Origin: Dehalococcoidia bacterium
GTDB lineage: Bacteria; Chloroflexota; Dehalococcoidia; Lucifugimonadales; UBA1127
Direction: 5' to 3'
NCBI GenBank assembly: GCA_963694315.1
Contig: CAVOCU010000001.1
Coordinates: 9,276-73,275, forward strand
DNA length: 64,000 bases
The translations under genes were made by a program, and so were the position numbers. This document shows, one piece after another, positions 8,671 through 17,638 of this stretch (position 1 is the stretch's first letter; each line of letters opens with the position of its first letter). The notes beneath the pieces were generated by a model. The model saw only the letters and a list, made by a program, of their open reading frames with translations. It was not told the DNA's origin and ran no database searches.

Positions 8671-9057
8671 TTAGTTCTTCTCGGCTTCAGTGCCGTAGAG
8701 CGTCCTGATGACGTCTTGAATCTTCTTTGCTGCCTCAACGCCCTGGCGTGAGCCTACCAGGTAGTGCGCTTGGTAGACGTGGTCACGCGCAGCATACAAT
8801 CGCTTACTGATTTCTTCAGTCTCGCGCCCTTTTCTGGCAAAGGCCACTTGGGCGTCCGCTTCTCGCCAAACCAGGTTCATCTCAATCTCTCGACTGAAAT
8901 ACCCCTCTTCGTCTCCGGTTCCCGCCAGCCGTGCAATGAAATCCAGCAGCGTATCAGCCGCCAGGTCTTCAATATTCTCTACGGGATCGGTGTCATTCCA
9001 TGACCAGTTCATGTTTGTAGCCGTCCCTTCTCCCCCAGTATGCGATGGCACCAGCAT
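8671..9057 (-). CDS. hypothetical protein (start uncertain, possibly 9012)
   Basis: 128-aa acidic, helical ORF divergent from the nuclease gene. No family recognised. Confidence 0.35.
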   Translation of the reverse strand: MLVPSHTGGEGTATNMNWSWNDTDPVENIEDLAADTLLDFIARLAGTGDEEGYFSREIEMNLVWREADAQVAFARKGRETEEISKRLYAARDHVYQAHYLVGSRQGVEAAKKIQDVIRTLYGTEAEKN

Positions 9058-9132
9058 AATGGAAATGCCTCTGCCTTGTCACGGAGTGAGGCGAGACGAG
9101 GCTATAATAGCCGCAATCTCAATGCGGGAGAG

Positions 9133-10626
9133 GTGCCTTTGAATCTGTCAGCGTCAGACATTCACAATCTCTACCAGCCTAGCAGGTGCAGCCTGCGTGT
9201 CTATCTGCTGGCAAATGGAGAGCCACAGGCCGAAGAAGGTACGTTCTCCGCCATGCTCCGGGATTTGGGCGCACAACATGAAGCTAAGTATCTTGAGACT
9301 TTGGGCGATTTCGCAAGGCCAGAAGGTCGTACCCAGGAAGAACGGTGGGCTGACACACAGCGCCTGGTGAATTCCCTGGCGCCTATCATCTACCAACCCG
9401 TCCTCATAGCAGCTGCGCCGCCTGAGATGGGTAATCACAAGGTCGTCGGCATTCCTGACCTGCTGCTTTTGCAGGACGGCCTATACGTCATACGCGACGT
9501 GAAGCTGGCGCGGAACGTAGAGAACAACAGACATCCGGAGATTGTGGGGCAGCTTAGCCTGTATGGCTGGTTGTTCCGTGAGGCTTTTGGCGTTCCTCCA
9601 GCCGCATTGCAGCTCTTGTTGGGAGACGGAACGGTTGCGGAGCTTCCTGACGATGAGGGTAGCGGTGCAATGGACGCCTTGGGAGAAGTGCTCCAGCTTG
9701 GTGCGTTGCCGGAAGAGCCGTATGAGCCTGTTGGCTGGAGCAAGTGCAGCGATTGCGGCTACAAAAAACGATGCTGGGATAAAGCAACCAAACGGCAGGA
9801 CGTTGCAATCCTCCCGGGCGTTGACCAAGGGTTTGCACGGTTCCTCCGTGACCAGAAGGTTAATTCCGTTCAGCAGTTGCTGGAACGTTTTGATGCTTCA
9901 ACCCTCGCTGGTGCCTTGCGTCCTTGGGGTCAGCGTATGCAGAAGGTAGGCGCAAAACTGGCGAACAGCGTGATGGCCCACGCAGTAGCCCGAGTCACGG
10001 GCGAAGTGCAGCACCTCAGCCCGCCCCAGTTCCCGGAGTCGCCGAACTACATCGTGTTCGATATCGAAGGCATGCCGGCCTATCTGGACGATGATGAGAA
10101 GGCATACCTCTGGGGCACCCAGGTGTACGGAGAGAACGGCACGCCCTTCACGCCCGCGCTGGCGGGATTCCATGAAGAGGGAGACCGGGAGGGTTGGTTT
10201 GATTTCCTGGCCAACTGTCAGGCTGTGTTTGAACTTCATGGTGACCTGCCCATCCTGCACTGGGGCAGCTATGAGAAGACAAAGATCAACCAGTACCTTG
10301 CGCGGTACGGAGACCTGAAAGGCATCGCCTTGCGCATCCGCGAGAACCTTGTTGACCTGCTACCCATGACCCAGCGCTCCTTCGCCCTGCCAGACCCCTC
10401 GTACACGTTGAAGCTAGTGGAGCTGCGGGCTGGCTACAAACGCACTATGGACGAGTTCGGTGGAAGCTGGGCCATTGTGAACTATGCCCTGGCTGTAGAG
10501 TCCAAGGATGAGGTGATCCGCAAGGAAGTCATGGATCAGATTGTGAAGTACAACCGTGAGGACCTTGAAGCCACCTGGGCTGTTTTTGAGTGGCTTCGCA
10601 GCATTACGCCCATGAATAACACATAA
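9133..10626 (+). CDS. TM0106-family RecB/Cas4-like nuclease fused to an RNase H-like (DEDD-type) domain
   Basis: N-terminal Cys plus CSDCGYKKRC (a Cas4-like 4-Cys cluster). PD-(D/E)xK-like IPDLLL...IRDVK. C-terminal YIVFDIEG...NREDLEA exonuclease-like domain. The ORF-track start 9040 overlaps the divergent gene. GTG 9133 or TTG 9139 behind GGGAGAGG is more plausible. Confidence 0.7.
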   Translation: MPLNLSASDIHNLYQPSRCSLRVYLLANGEPQAEEGTFSAMLRDLGAQHEAKYLETLGDFARPEGRTQEERWADTQRLVNSLAPIIYQPVLIAAAPPEMGNHKVVGIPDLLLLQDGLYVIRDVKLARNVENNRHPEIVGQLSLYGWLFREAFGVPPAALQLLLGDGTVAELPDDEGSGAMDALGEVLQLGALPEEPYEPVGWSKCSDCGYKKRCWDKATKRQDVAILPGVDQGFARFLRDQKVNSVQQLLERFDASTLAGALRPWGQRMQKVGAKLANSVMAHAVARVTGEVQHLSPPQFPESPNYIVFDIEGMPAYLDDDEKAYLWGTQVYGENGTPFTPALAGFHEEGDREGWFDFLANCQAVFELHGDLPILHWGSYEKTKINQYLARYGDLKGIALRIRENLVDLLPMTQRSFALPDPSYTLKLVELRAGYKRTMDEFGGSWAIVNYALAVESKDEVIRKEVMDQIVKYNREDLEATWAVFEWLRSITPMNNT

Positions 10627-10684
10627 TCGCGGGCGGGTGTATACTCTCTCCAATCATGTTCAGGTATATGTAAGGGAGGGAAAA

Positions 10685-12001
10685 ATGCTAACGCAAGAAG
10701 ACAATGTACTGTTGACCAGGACAGGCCCTGGCACTGCAATGGGGGATCTCTTCCGTCGATTTTGGCAGCCGGTACTCCTGAGCGAGGAGCTACCTACCGC
10801 TGACTGCGACCCCGTTCGTATCAAGGTTCTCAGTGAGACTCTGGTGGCGTTTCGTGATACCAACGGCAACGTCGGCGTCGTCGATAACTTCTGCCCTCAT
10901 CGGCGCGCCAGCCTGTTCTTCGGTCGAAACGAAGAATGCGGCCTCCGCTGCGTCTATCACGGCTGGAAATTCGATGTGAACGGCGACTGCGTGGACATGC
11001 CGTCTGAGCCTGCCGAGAGCAACTTCAAAGACAAGGTTAAAATCAAGTCGTACCCGGCTCGCGATTACGGTAGCTGCATCTGGGTCTACATGGGTCCCGT
11101 AGAGTTGATGCCCGGGTTGCCCCAACTAGAGTGGGCCACGGCACCGGAAAGCCATCGCAACGTTCGGCGTTGGCTCCAGGAGTCCAATTACATGCAGTCC
11201 ACAGAAGGTGAGATTGATACGTCCCATGTGTCCTTCAATCACCGGTGGTTTGACCTCAGCAAAGCCCCGCGCCAGAACATTGGCAGGCGAATGAAGAACG
11301 GCCAGGCTTTGACCAACTTTGACGGCGCTCCCCAACTTACTGTCAAGGAAACCGACTACGGCTTCGTCTATGGTTCCCGAAGGGACGTGGGTGATGGCGA
11401 GTACTACTGGCGGGTAACCCAGTTCATCCTGCCCTTCTACAGCCTTATTCCCAGCCCCGGCGAGCGTGAAGGTGGCCGTTGCTGGGTGCCCATGGACGAT
11501 GAGCACATCTCCGTCTTCCAATACTCCGTCAGCACGGGTGACGCCTTCACTGACGAGCAGCGGAGGCTGATGAACGTAAGTCCTGAGAAGCTGCTTCGAG
11601 TGAAGTACAAGTTCGCTGACGGCTCGGTTGTTGATACATGGCAGCCTGAGCGACAGCTCCACAACGACTTCCTCATCGACCGAGACATGCAGCGCACGGT
11701 CAACTACACGGGTATTGCCAGCGGTCGTGAGCAGGATATGGCTATGACAGACAGCATGGGCTCCATTGGTGATCGCACCAAGGAACACCTTGGCACCAGT
11801 GACACCGCCATCATCTCTGGTCGCCGCATCCTGCTCCGCATGGCCCGTGAGTTGCAGGAGGGTATTGAGCCCTACGCCCCAGCGCACCCGGAGGTCTTTG
11901 CTGTCCGGGCCATAGACGTGGTGGACACGCAAGGTGATTTCTTCAAACTCCTGGAGGAGAAGGCGGAGTTAGGCAAGGCTCAGACTAGAGTCAGCGCCTA
12001 A
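10685..12001 (+). CDS. Rieske [2Fe-2S] oxygenase, alpha-only type (paralog 2)
   Basis: Same Rieske and DTSHVSFNH motifs. The true start is ATG 10685 behind GGGAGGG; the track ORF starts at 10637. Confidence 0.9.
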   Translation: MLTQEDNVLLTRTGPGTAMGDLFRRFWQPVLLSEELPTADCDPVRIKVLSETLVAFRDTNGNVGVVDNFCPHRRASLFFGRNEECGLRCVYHGWKFDVNGDCVDMPSEPAESNFKDKVKIKSYPARDYGSCIWVYMGPVELMPGLPQLEWATAPESHRNVRRWLQESNYMQSTEGEIDTSHVSFNHRWFDLSKAPRQNIGRRMKNGQALTNFDGAPQLTVKETDYGFVYGSRRDVGDGEYYWRVTQFILPFYSLIPSPGEREGGRCWVPMDDEHISVFQYSVSTGDAFTDEQRRLMNVSPEKLLRVKYKFADGSVVDTWQPERQLHNDFLIDRDMQRTVNYTGIASGREQDMAMTDSMGSIGDRTKEHLGTSDTAIISGRRILLRMARELQEGIEPYAPAHPEVFAVRAIDVVDTQGDFFKLLEEKAELGKAQTRVSA

Positions 12002-12026
12002 ACGCTGTTAGATAGGCTTAGTAAAG

Positions 12027-12063
12027 GAATCCCGCTCCAAATATTGGGGCGGGATTCTTTTTT
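12027..12063 (+). terminator. intrinsic terminator after Rieske paralog 2
   Basis: GAATCCCGC-N13-GCGGGATTC followed by TTTTTT. Confidence 0.8.
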
Positions 12064-12251
12064 AGTTGGTTAGACATAATAGAGTGAAATGCAGTGGCGT
12101 AGCTGGGGTTGGTGCGATATGCCGTATGTTTGGCTGCGGAATTGTCAGCGTGCCAAGCTGACGCTGAACAGTCGTTGACTGCTGTTTGGCACACGGATAC
12201 ACTCCCCGTGGTTAGGGATAACCGCTGGTAGCGACATAATGGAGGAGAAGC

Positions 12252-13352
12252 ATGGCAGACCTGAAATTTGCCTTTTGGGACTCTGTTGGCGGGTACAACG
12301 TAGAAGGCGAAAGTATGGCTGATGTCTACGAGAGGCATATTAAGCTGGCCCAACATTTAGAGGAACTTGGCTGGCATTCCTACTTTGTCATTGAACACCA
12401 GAACTCTCCAGTGGGCAGGATTACTGCCCCCACTGTCTACCTCACCGCAATTGCTCGCGCCACAACCACCCTGCGTATCGGTGCAATGATGTGGCAGCTG
12501 CCCTTCTACCACCCTATGCGTTTGGCCCAGGAGGTGGCGATGCTTGACCACCTCTCCCACGGTCGAGTCGAGTTCGGGTCTGGCATTGGCGTCCACGAAC
12601 ACGAATTCATGCGCTGGGGAGTCGATTACTACCAGCGGGCTGCTATGAGCGAAGAGGTGCTCACCCTGGTCAAGATGGCATGGACCCAGGACGAGGTCAC
12701 CTTTGCAGGCAAATATTTCCAATTTGATGAGGCGCTGCCGCAGCCCAAGCCCTTCCAGCAGCCGTATCCGCCCATCTGGGCAGCGGTGCATAGCGATGCG
12801 GCTATGGAGTTTGCCGCACGTAATAACCTCAACGTCTCCCAGAACCTGGACACAGATGAAGTGGTGGCCAGGAAATTTGACCTGTTCCGGAAGATATGGC
12901 GAGAGTGCAATCATCCGGGATCCATGCCCGGGATTTTCCTTCAACGGCAGGTCCACGTTGCTGAGACAGACGAGAAAGCCAATGCGGAAGCGCGCGAGTA
13001 TCTGGCATCTCCCGAAGGTGGCGCGGTTCGTGTAGGTGGCGGGCCCATCGCGGAGACCCGCATCGGTTGGGGAACCCATGCCAGGGGTATGGGTAGCGAC
13101 AGCGAACGACCCGATGATGCAGAGCGGGGCCGCACCATGATGCAGGCTGCCAAAGACTATGACTACAACATTGAGAATGGGCTGGCTTTGGTGGGAAGCC
13201 CGGAAACGATCATCCGCCTACTTCAGGAAGGGAAGAAACTCATCGGGTACGATATTTTCTGCACCAACCATCAGATAGGCCGGATGCCTCCTGAGTTGGT
13301 CACAAATTCCATAGAGCTCTTTGGGAAAGAGGTTATCCCCGCGTTCAAGTAG
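12252..13352 (+). CDS. luciferase-like monooxygenase (LLM class flavin-dependent oxidoreductase)
   Basis: 366 aa with LLM motifs (FVIEHQNSP, GRVEFGSGIG). SD GGAGGAG. Confidence 0.85.
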   Translation: MADLKFAFWDSVGGYNVEGESMADVYERHIKLAQHLEELGWHSYFVIEHQNSPVGRITAPTVYLTAIARATTTLRIGAMMWQLPFYHPMRLAQEVAMLDHLSHGRVEFGSGIGVHEHEFMRWGVDYYQRAAMSEEVLTLVKMAWTQDEVTFAGKYFQFDEALPQPKPFQQPYPPIWAAVHSDAAMEFAARNNLNVSQNLDTDEVVARKFDLFRKIWRECNHPGSMPGIFLQRQVHVAETDEKANAEAREYLASPEGGAVRVGGGPIAETRIGWGTHARGMGSDSERPDDAERGRTMMQAAKDYDYNIENGLALVGSPETIIRLLQEGKKLIGYDIFCTNHQIGRMPPELVTNSIELFGKEVIPAFK

Positions 13353-13438
13353 GGGTCTTCGACCCTTTTGCCAAGTGACCTTCTGCTCTCCCCATCGGGG
13401 GAGGGTTGGGGGGGTATTCCAGTGAACGGTGACTCTTT

Positions 13439-13939
13439 CTAGGCCTGCACTGCCCAAGACTGAGCCAGGCCCGGGAAGTCCCGGGCCATTTCATCAAGGG
13501 TGTCTTGGGATAGCAACGCATAGGAGCCTGTGGCTTCCACAGCTACCCGACCGTCAGCCAGCGAAACCCAGCCTTTGGTGTTGATGATGTTCCCCCGCCC
13601 ACCGCTCTTCTCCGCCGTAGCTGTCACGCGCTCGTCCGATGGTATTGGCAACCTGAACCGAAGCTCCAGTCGCGCTGACATACCCCAGCAGTTCTCCAAC
13701 ACTGGAACGCGACTCATCACCTCGTCCAGCAGGGCCGTGATGATTGCGCCGTGGAGGAAGCCCGGAAACCCCTGGTGGTGCGCCTTCCCCTGGTACGTCG
13801 TTACCACTTGGTTGCCCTGTCTCTCAAAGGTGAGCTGCAAGCCGCCAGTGTTTTTGGGGCCGCAGGCAAAGCACTGACCGTAGTCGGAATCATCGTTCAG
13901 GGAGATGGCCCTCGGAGGGTCAAAAAATTCTATGGTCAA
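13439..13939 (-). CDS. PaaI-family hotdog-fold thioesterase
   Basis: CFACGPKNTGGLQLTF and GFLHGAIITALLDE motifs. TTG start behind GAGGTG. Confidence 0.7.
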   Translation of the reverse strand: MTIEFFDPPRAISLNDDSDYGQCFACGPKNTGGLQLTFERQGNQVVTTYQGKAHHQGFPGFLHGAIITALLDEVMSRVPVLENCWGMSARLELRFRLPIPSDERVTATAEKSGGRGNIINTKGWVSLADGRVAVEATGSYALLSQDTLDEMARDFPGLAQSWAVQA

Positions 13940-13950
13940 CGCGTCACCTC

Positions 13951-13963
13951 ATTACAACATTAC
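13951..13963 (+). repeat. ATTACAACATTAC 13-mer, copy 1 of 3
   Basis: Exact 13-mer, also present at 37114 and 37980. Here it abuts the SD of the minus-strand thioesterase gene. Confidence 0.9.
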
Positions 13964-14019
13964 AACGGGTATAACCCGCTATAGGAGTGGCTTGACTCAG
14001 GGGCCTCTGGTTCCGATGC

Positions 14020-14943
14020 TTAACCTTGAGCTGGTTGGGCACCTGCAGCCGTAAGCCTGTCCTTCGCAGCTACTATCACATCGTCTGGGAGTGGTCCTTT
14101 AGCAGCTGCGGTGATGTTGTCATCCAGATGTTCCGTGCTACTAGTTCCAACAATCGTGGTGTCCAGTCCGGGGTGGGAAAGGGTGAAACGCAGCATGAAC
14201 TCCATGCGAGTCATACCCTCTAGCAACTCATCCAGCTTGGAACTGTCCCACCAGTCTTGCATGGTCTCGTTGGGCAACATGTAATACCTACGGCCCTCCC
14301 AATCGTCAGGGGTACCCCGGGCCACGCCACCACGGACGATGATGCCCATCCCTGCATCAGACGCCTTGGTGATGACACCTTCATGCTCGCGTTGCAGGGC
14401 TGAGTAGGGTATTTGAAAGACATCGAACACGCCCATATCAATCTGCTCATGGAGTGTGGGCAAGACCCCAGACACGCCAACGAAGCGAGTTTTGCCTTCG
14501 TCTCGCAGCTTCAGCAGCTCCGCCAGAGCTTCCTCAGCATCAAATTCATCACGGCCAAGACTGCGATGGAACTGAACCACGTCAAGGTGGTCTGTCTTAA
14601 GGGTGCGCAAACTGTGCTCTACGCCTTCCCGAATGTTCTTGGCGGTGTGGACGTGGTCAGAGCCCTGCGGAGCGTTGGGTACACAACCACACTTGGACGC
14701 CAGCACGTACTCTGAGCGTCTGTGAGAAATGAACTTACCTATCAACTCCTCGCTTCTGCCGTAGTCAATGGAGGTGTCAATGAAGTTGATGCCCTTGTCT
14801 AAAACCTGGTTGAGCAGCTTGTCAGCAGCTTCGTCGCTGATGGCGGGGCCTGTCGTCCCCCCTCGCAGCTCCATAGCACCAAAGCCAAGAGTTGTTACCT
14901 GCAAGTCCGTACGGCCAAGGGCACGCCTTGGTATAGCATCCAT
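14020..14943 (-). CDS. aldo/keto reductase
   Basis: 307 aa. LGFGAMELRG, INFIDTSIDYG and IPYSALQRE are typical AKR blocks. Confidence 0.9.
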   Translation of the reverse strand: MDAIPRRALGRTDLQVTTLGFGAMELRGGTTGPAISDEAADKLLNQVLDKGINFIDTSIDYGRSEELIGKFISHRRSEYVLASKCGCVPNAPQGSDHVHTAKNIREGVEHSLRTLKTDHLDVVQFHRSLGRDEFDAEEALAELLKLRDEGKTRFVGVSGVLPTLHEQIDMGVFDVFQIPYSALQREHEGVITKASDAGMGIIVRGGVARGTPDDWEGRRYYMLPNETMQDWWDSSKLDELLEGMTRMEFMLRFTLSHPGLDTTIVGTSSTEHLDDNITAAAKGPLPDDVIVAAKDRLTAAGAQPAQG

Positions 14944-14954
14944 ATGTGAATTTC

Positions 14955-16016
14955 CTATGGTTTCGGTTCTTCCCTGTAGAAGCCAAGAGCCTTCAGCACA
15001 GGGGTGTCCGTGAAGCTGAACAGGAACGCTGGCTCCGTTGAGGATTCGTTGACATGTTCGTGGAAGGCCCAGCCCGGGACGCAGAACGTATCCTTGTTCG
15101 CCCAGTCCAGCTTCTGATCGCCAACCAGCGTGTGCCCCTTCCCCTCCACCACGTGGTAGACGGAGCTGGTCGTATGGCGATGGGCCTTTGTGCGCTCGCC
15201 CGGCCGCAGGAGTTGAACGAAGCAGGCTATCGTCGGCATAGCATGGCCGCCGGTGCTGGGGTTGGTGTACTCCATCATTACGCCGTCGTAGGGGCTACCG
15301 TCCTCACCTGTTGCCAATCGCTCCAGGGCTTCTCGCGTGCGATCCCAGGGGTAGTACATCAGCGGTGAAGAGCCTTCTTCTTTGCGCTCAATCCACGTGG
15401 GTTGCAGTGCCATGCTGCCGTATTTGGCCAGCGATGACCCTGGAAACTCGGTGATAGGCTGAGTGTCCTCCGAGTACGGGTCGTGGAAGGACATCTCCAG
15501 AAAATTCACTAGAGGCAAATCAAGCCCGTCCAGCCATATCATGGGATTCTTCGTATCGTTGCCGTGGTCGTGCCAAGCCCACGGGGGCGTTAGCACCAAG
15601 TCGCCTGGCAGCATAGGGAACCGCTCGCCTCCTACCGACGTGTAGCCGCCGTCACTCTCAATGATGAAGCGCAGCGCAGCGGGCGTGTGCCGGTGCGCTG
15701 GGGAAATCTCGCCTGGAAGCACCGTTTGGATGCCCCCGAACAGTGTTTGCGTTGTGGCAGTCCGGCCACCAAGTCCCGGGTTCATAAGCCGGAGAACCCG
15801 CCGCTCAGCTTCCGCTGTTCCAACCAACTCTGTGGCGCGTATGGCTTGGGGTCGAATGTCTTTCCAGCTCCATACGTACGGAGTGACCTTGCTGGCGGGT
15901 TCCCGTGCTTGAATGTCGCCCATGACCGTCCAGAGGGGCGCGACGTTATAGGCTTCCAGTTTTTTGTAGTATTTCTGTAGTTCTTCCGTAGTAGTCTGTT
16001 TGCTGGACACTTCCAC
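14955..16016 (-). CDS. gentisate 1,2-dioxygenase-like bicupin
   Basis: 353 aa. N-terminal LEAYNVAPLW and two cupin modules with His ligands (HRHTPAAL, HRHTTSSV). GTG start behind GGAGG. Confidence 0.8.
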   Translation of the reverse strand: MEVSSKQTTTEELQKYYKKLEAYNVAPLWTVMGDIQAREPASKVTPYVWSWKDIRPQAIRATELVGTAEAERRVLRLMNPGLGGRTATTQTLFGGIQTVLPGEISPAHRHTPAALRFIIESDGGYTSVGGERFPMLPGDLVLTPPWAWHDHGNDTKNPMIWLDGLDLPLVNFLEMSFHDPYSEDTQPITEFPGSSLAKYGSMALQPTWIERKEEGSSPLMYYPWDRTREALERLATGEDGSPYDGVMMEYTNPSTGGHAMPTIACFVQLLRPGERTKAHRHTTSSVYHVVEGKGHTLVGDQKLDWANKDTFCVPGWAFHEHVNESSTEPAFLFSFTDTPVLKALGFYREEPKP

Positions 16017-16054
16017 GTCGGCCTCCTCTGGGGTCAGATTACTAGTTGATTTAC

Positions 16055-16819
16055 CTATGCGTGGGCTTTGGCTGTAATGGGCCCTAAGTACTTCTCAAAC
16101 CAGTCAAAAGTCCTGGCCCAGCCGTCTACTGCAGCCTCTACGCGATAGTTTGCGCGGCTGGTGATGAAAAAGGCGTGTCCTGCGCCGTCATAACGGTGAA
16201 ACTCATATGTCTTGTTGTGCTTCTTTAGCTCAGCCTCGTGGATGTCCACTTGCTCAGGGCTGGGCCTTGCATCATCGTTGCCAAAGAGCCCCAGTAAGGG
16301 GCACGATAAGTTGGGCGTCATGTCTAACGGCGCAACGGGCGCTGCGGCAGTCAATTCTTCCTTGGTGACAACCACGCCGCCGCCCCAGCAATCCACTGCT
16401 GCATCAAACTCAGGGATGTTGCAGGCTGCGATAAACACCTGACGACCGCCTGAGCAGAACCCGATGACGCCGACTTTGCCGTTCAGGTACGGTTGTGCCA
16501 GCAGATATTGGACGGTTCCCTTGGTATCACCTATGAACTGGGCGTCCGGGACGCCTCCGGCCTCGCGGATTGCTGCTGACATCTCAACCGCAGTGCCTGG
16601 CCCCTTCCGGTGGTGAAGGTTCGGGCAGATGGCGGCGTAGCCCTGGGATGCTAGCTTCCTCGTAATCTCCTTGATGTCCTGATCCCATCCGGGCATGTGA
16701 TGGATTACCACAACACCGGGATGGGGCCCGGGACCCATAGGCCTGGCAAAGTAAGCTTCAATTTCCGTTCCGCCATCGCCTTCAATGACAACGGTTTCTG
16801 CGATCATACCTTCGTACAT
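16055..16819 (-). CDS. dienelactone hydrolase family protein
   Basis: 254 aa. An alpha/beta hydrolase with the GFCSGG nucleophile elbow typical of DLH. Confidence 0.85.
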   Translation of the reverse strand: MYEGMIAETVVIEGDGGTEIEAYFARPMGPGPHPGVVVIHHMPGWDQDIKEITRKLASQGYAAICPNLHHRKGPGTAVEMSAAIREAGGVPDAQFIGDTKGTVQYLLAQPYLNGKVGVIGFCSGGRQVFIAACNIPEFDAAVDCWGGGVVVTKEELTAAAPVAPLDMTPNLSCPLLGLFGNDDARPSPEQVDIHEAELKKHNKTYEFHRYDGAGHAFFITSRANYRVEAAVDGWARTFDWFEKYLGPITAKAHA

Positions 16820-16991
16820 AGCTTTCCTCCCTACGTTTTGGCCTATTTTATTGGCCTAGCTTTTGGTCGCCACAGTGTCCCATGCTCATGCTTCGCGCGC
16901 AAGCGAGATGCGTTATCTTGCAACCCTCCTAGCTCCCCGCTACCCTGCTCCCAATAGAAAATGGAGCCACGTGAGTATAAGGAGGTACCTG

Positions 16992-17456
16992 ATGCCGAAA
17001 GTGAATAAGGTAGCCCACATCGTGCTGGCAGTAAAAGACGTGATGGCGTCTGTGAAGTTCTACACTGAAGTCCTTGGCATGGAAGCCGTTGATCTCAAGG
17101 AAAACCACAAAGCAGCGTTCCTGTCCTTTGGTACCCAGCACCATGACGTTGCCGTTTTTGAGGCCCCGGACGGTGCCGAGCGAGGGCAGATTGGCCTCAA
17201 CCACTTCGCTATGCAGATAGAGGGTGGCATACTTGAGCTCAAAGAGATGCACCAGCGACTTCTGGATCATGGGGTGACCATCACCCATACAACAGACCAC
17301 ATAATTACCAAGAGCGTGTACTTCTTGGATCCGGACGGTAACCAGCTGGAGGTTTTTGCCGAGGGGTTTGAAGTTCCCAGTGAAGGCCTGAATTTCATTC
17401 GACAGGGCACCTACCACGTGAAGCTCCTGGAGTTAGAAGTTCCCGCTGCCAGCTAG
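16992..17456 (+). CDS. VOC family protein (glyoxalase / extradiol dioxygenase fold)
   Basis: The true start is ATG 16992 behind AAGGAGG. VAHIVLAVKDVMASVKFYTEVLGM is a VOC N-terminus. Confidence 0.8.
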   Translation: MPKVNKVAHIVLAVKDVMASVKFYTEVLGMEAVDLKENHKAAFLSFGTQHHDVAVFEAPDGAERGQIGLNHFAMQIEGGILELKEMHQRLLDHGVTITHTTDHIITKSVYFLDPDGNQLEVFAEGFEVPSEGLNFIRQGTYHVKLLELEVPAAS

Positions 17457-17467
17457 ATAAAAGCCAA

Positions 17468-17493
17468 TTGTCATTCTGAGCGTAGCGAAGAAT
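17468..17493 (+). repeat. TTGTCATTCTGAG...GCGAAGAAT short hairpin repeat, copy 1
   Basis: TTGTCATTCTGAGCGTAGCGAAGAAT, 12 nt after the VOC gene stop. The second copy is at 37041. Confidence 0.7.
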
Positions 17494-17540
17494 ATAACAA
17501 CTTGCTTGGCCGCCGAAAGACTAAATACGACGCATAAGTA

Positions 17541-17572
17541 ACTGCCCTTCATGGTTATCCATGAAGAGCAGT
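17541..17572. terminator. hairpin between convergent genes (14-bp stem, one mismatch)
   Basis: ACTGCCCTTCATGG-ttat-CCATGAAGAGCAGT followed by TTATAT. Confidence 0.6.
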
Positions 17573-17638
17573 TTATATCTAAAGGCTTAAGTAACCGTAG
17601 GAATATAGGTCTAGGACATCGTCCTGGTGAGTCAATTT

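Noticed and set aside
9040-9132. N-terminal extension of the nuclease ORF (MRWHQHNGNASALSRSEARRGY...).
   Set aside because: It overlaps the divergent gene start at 9057, has no SD, and the conserved nuclease sequence begins only after GTG 9133 / TTG 9139.
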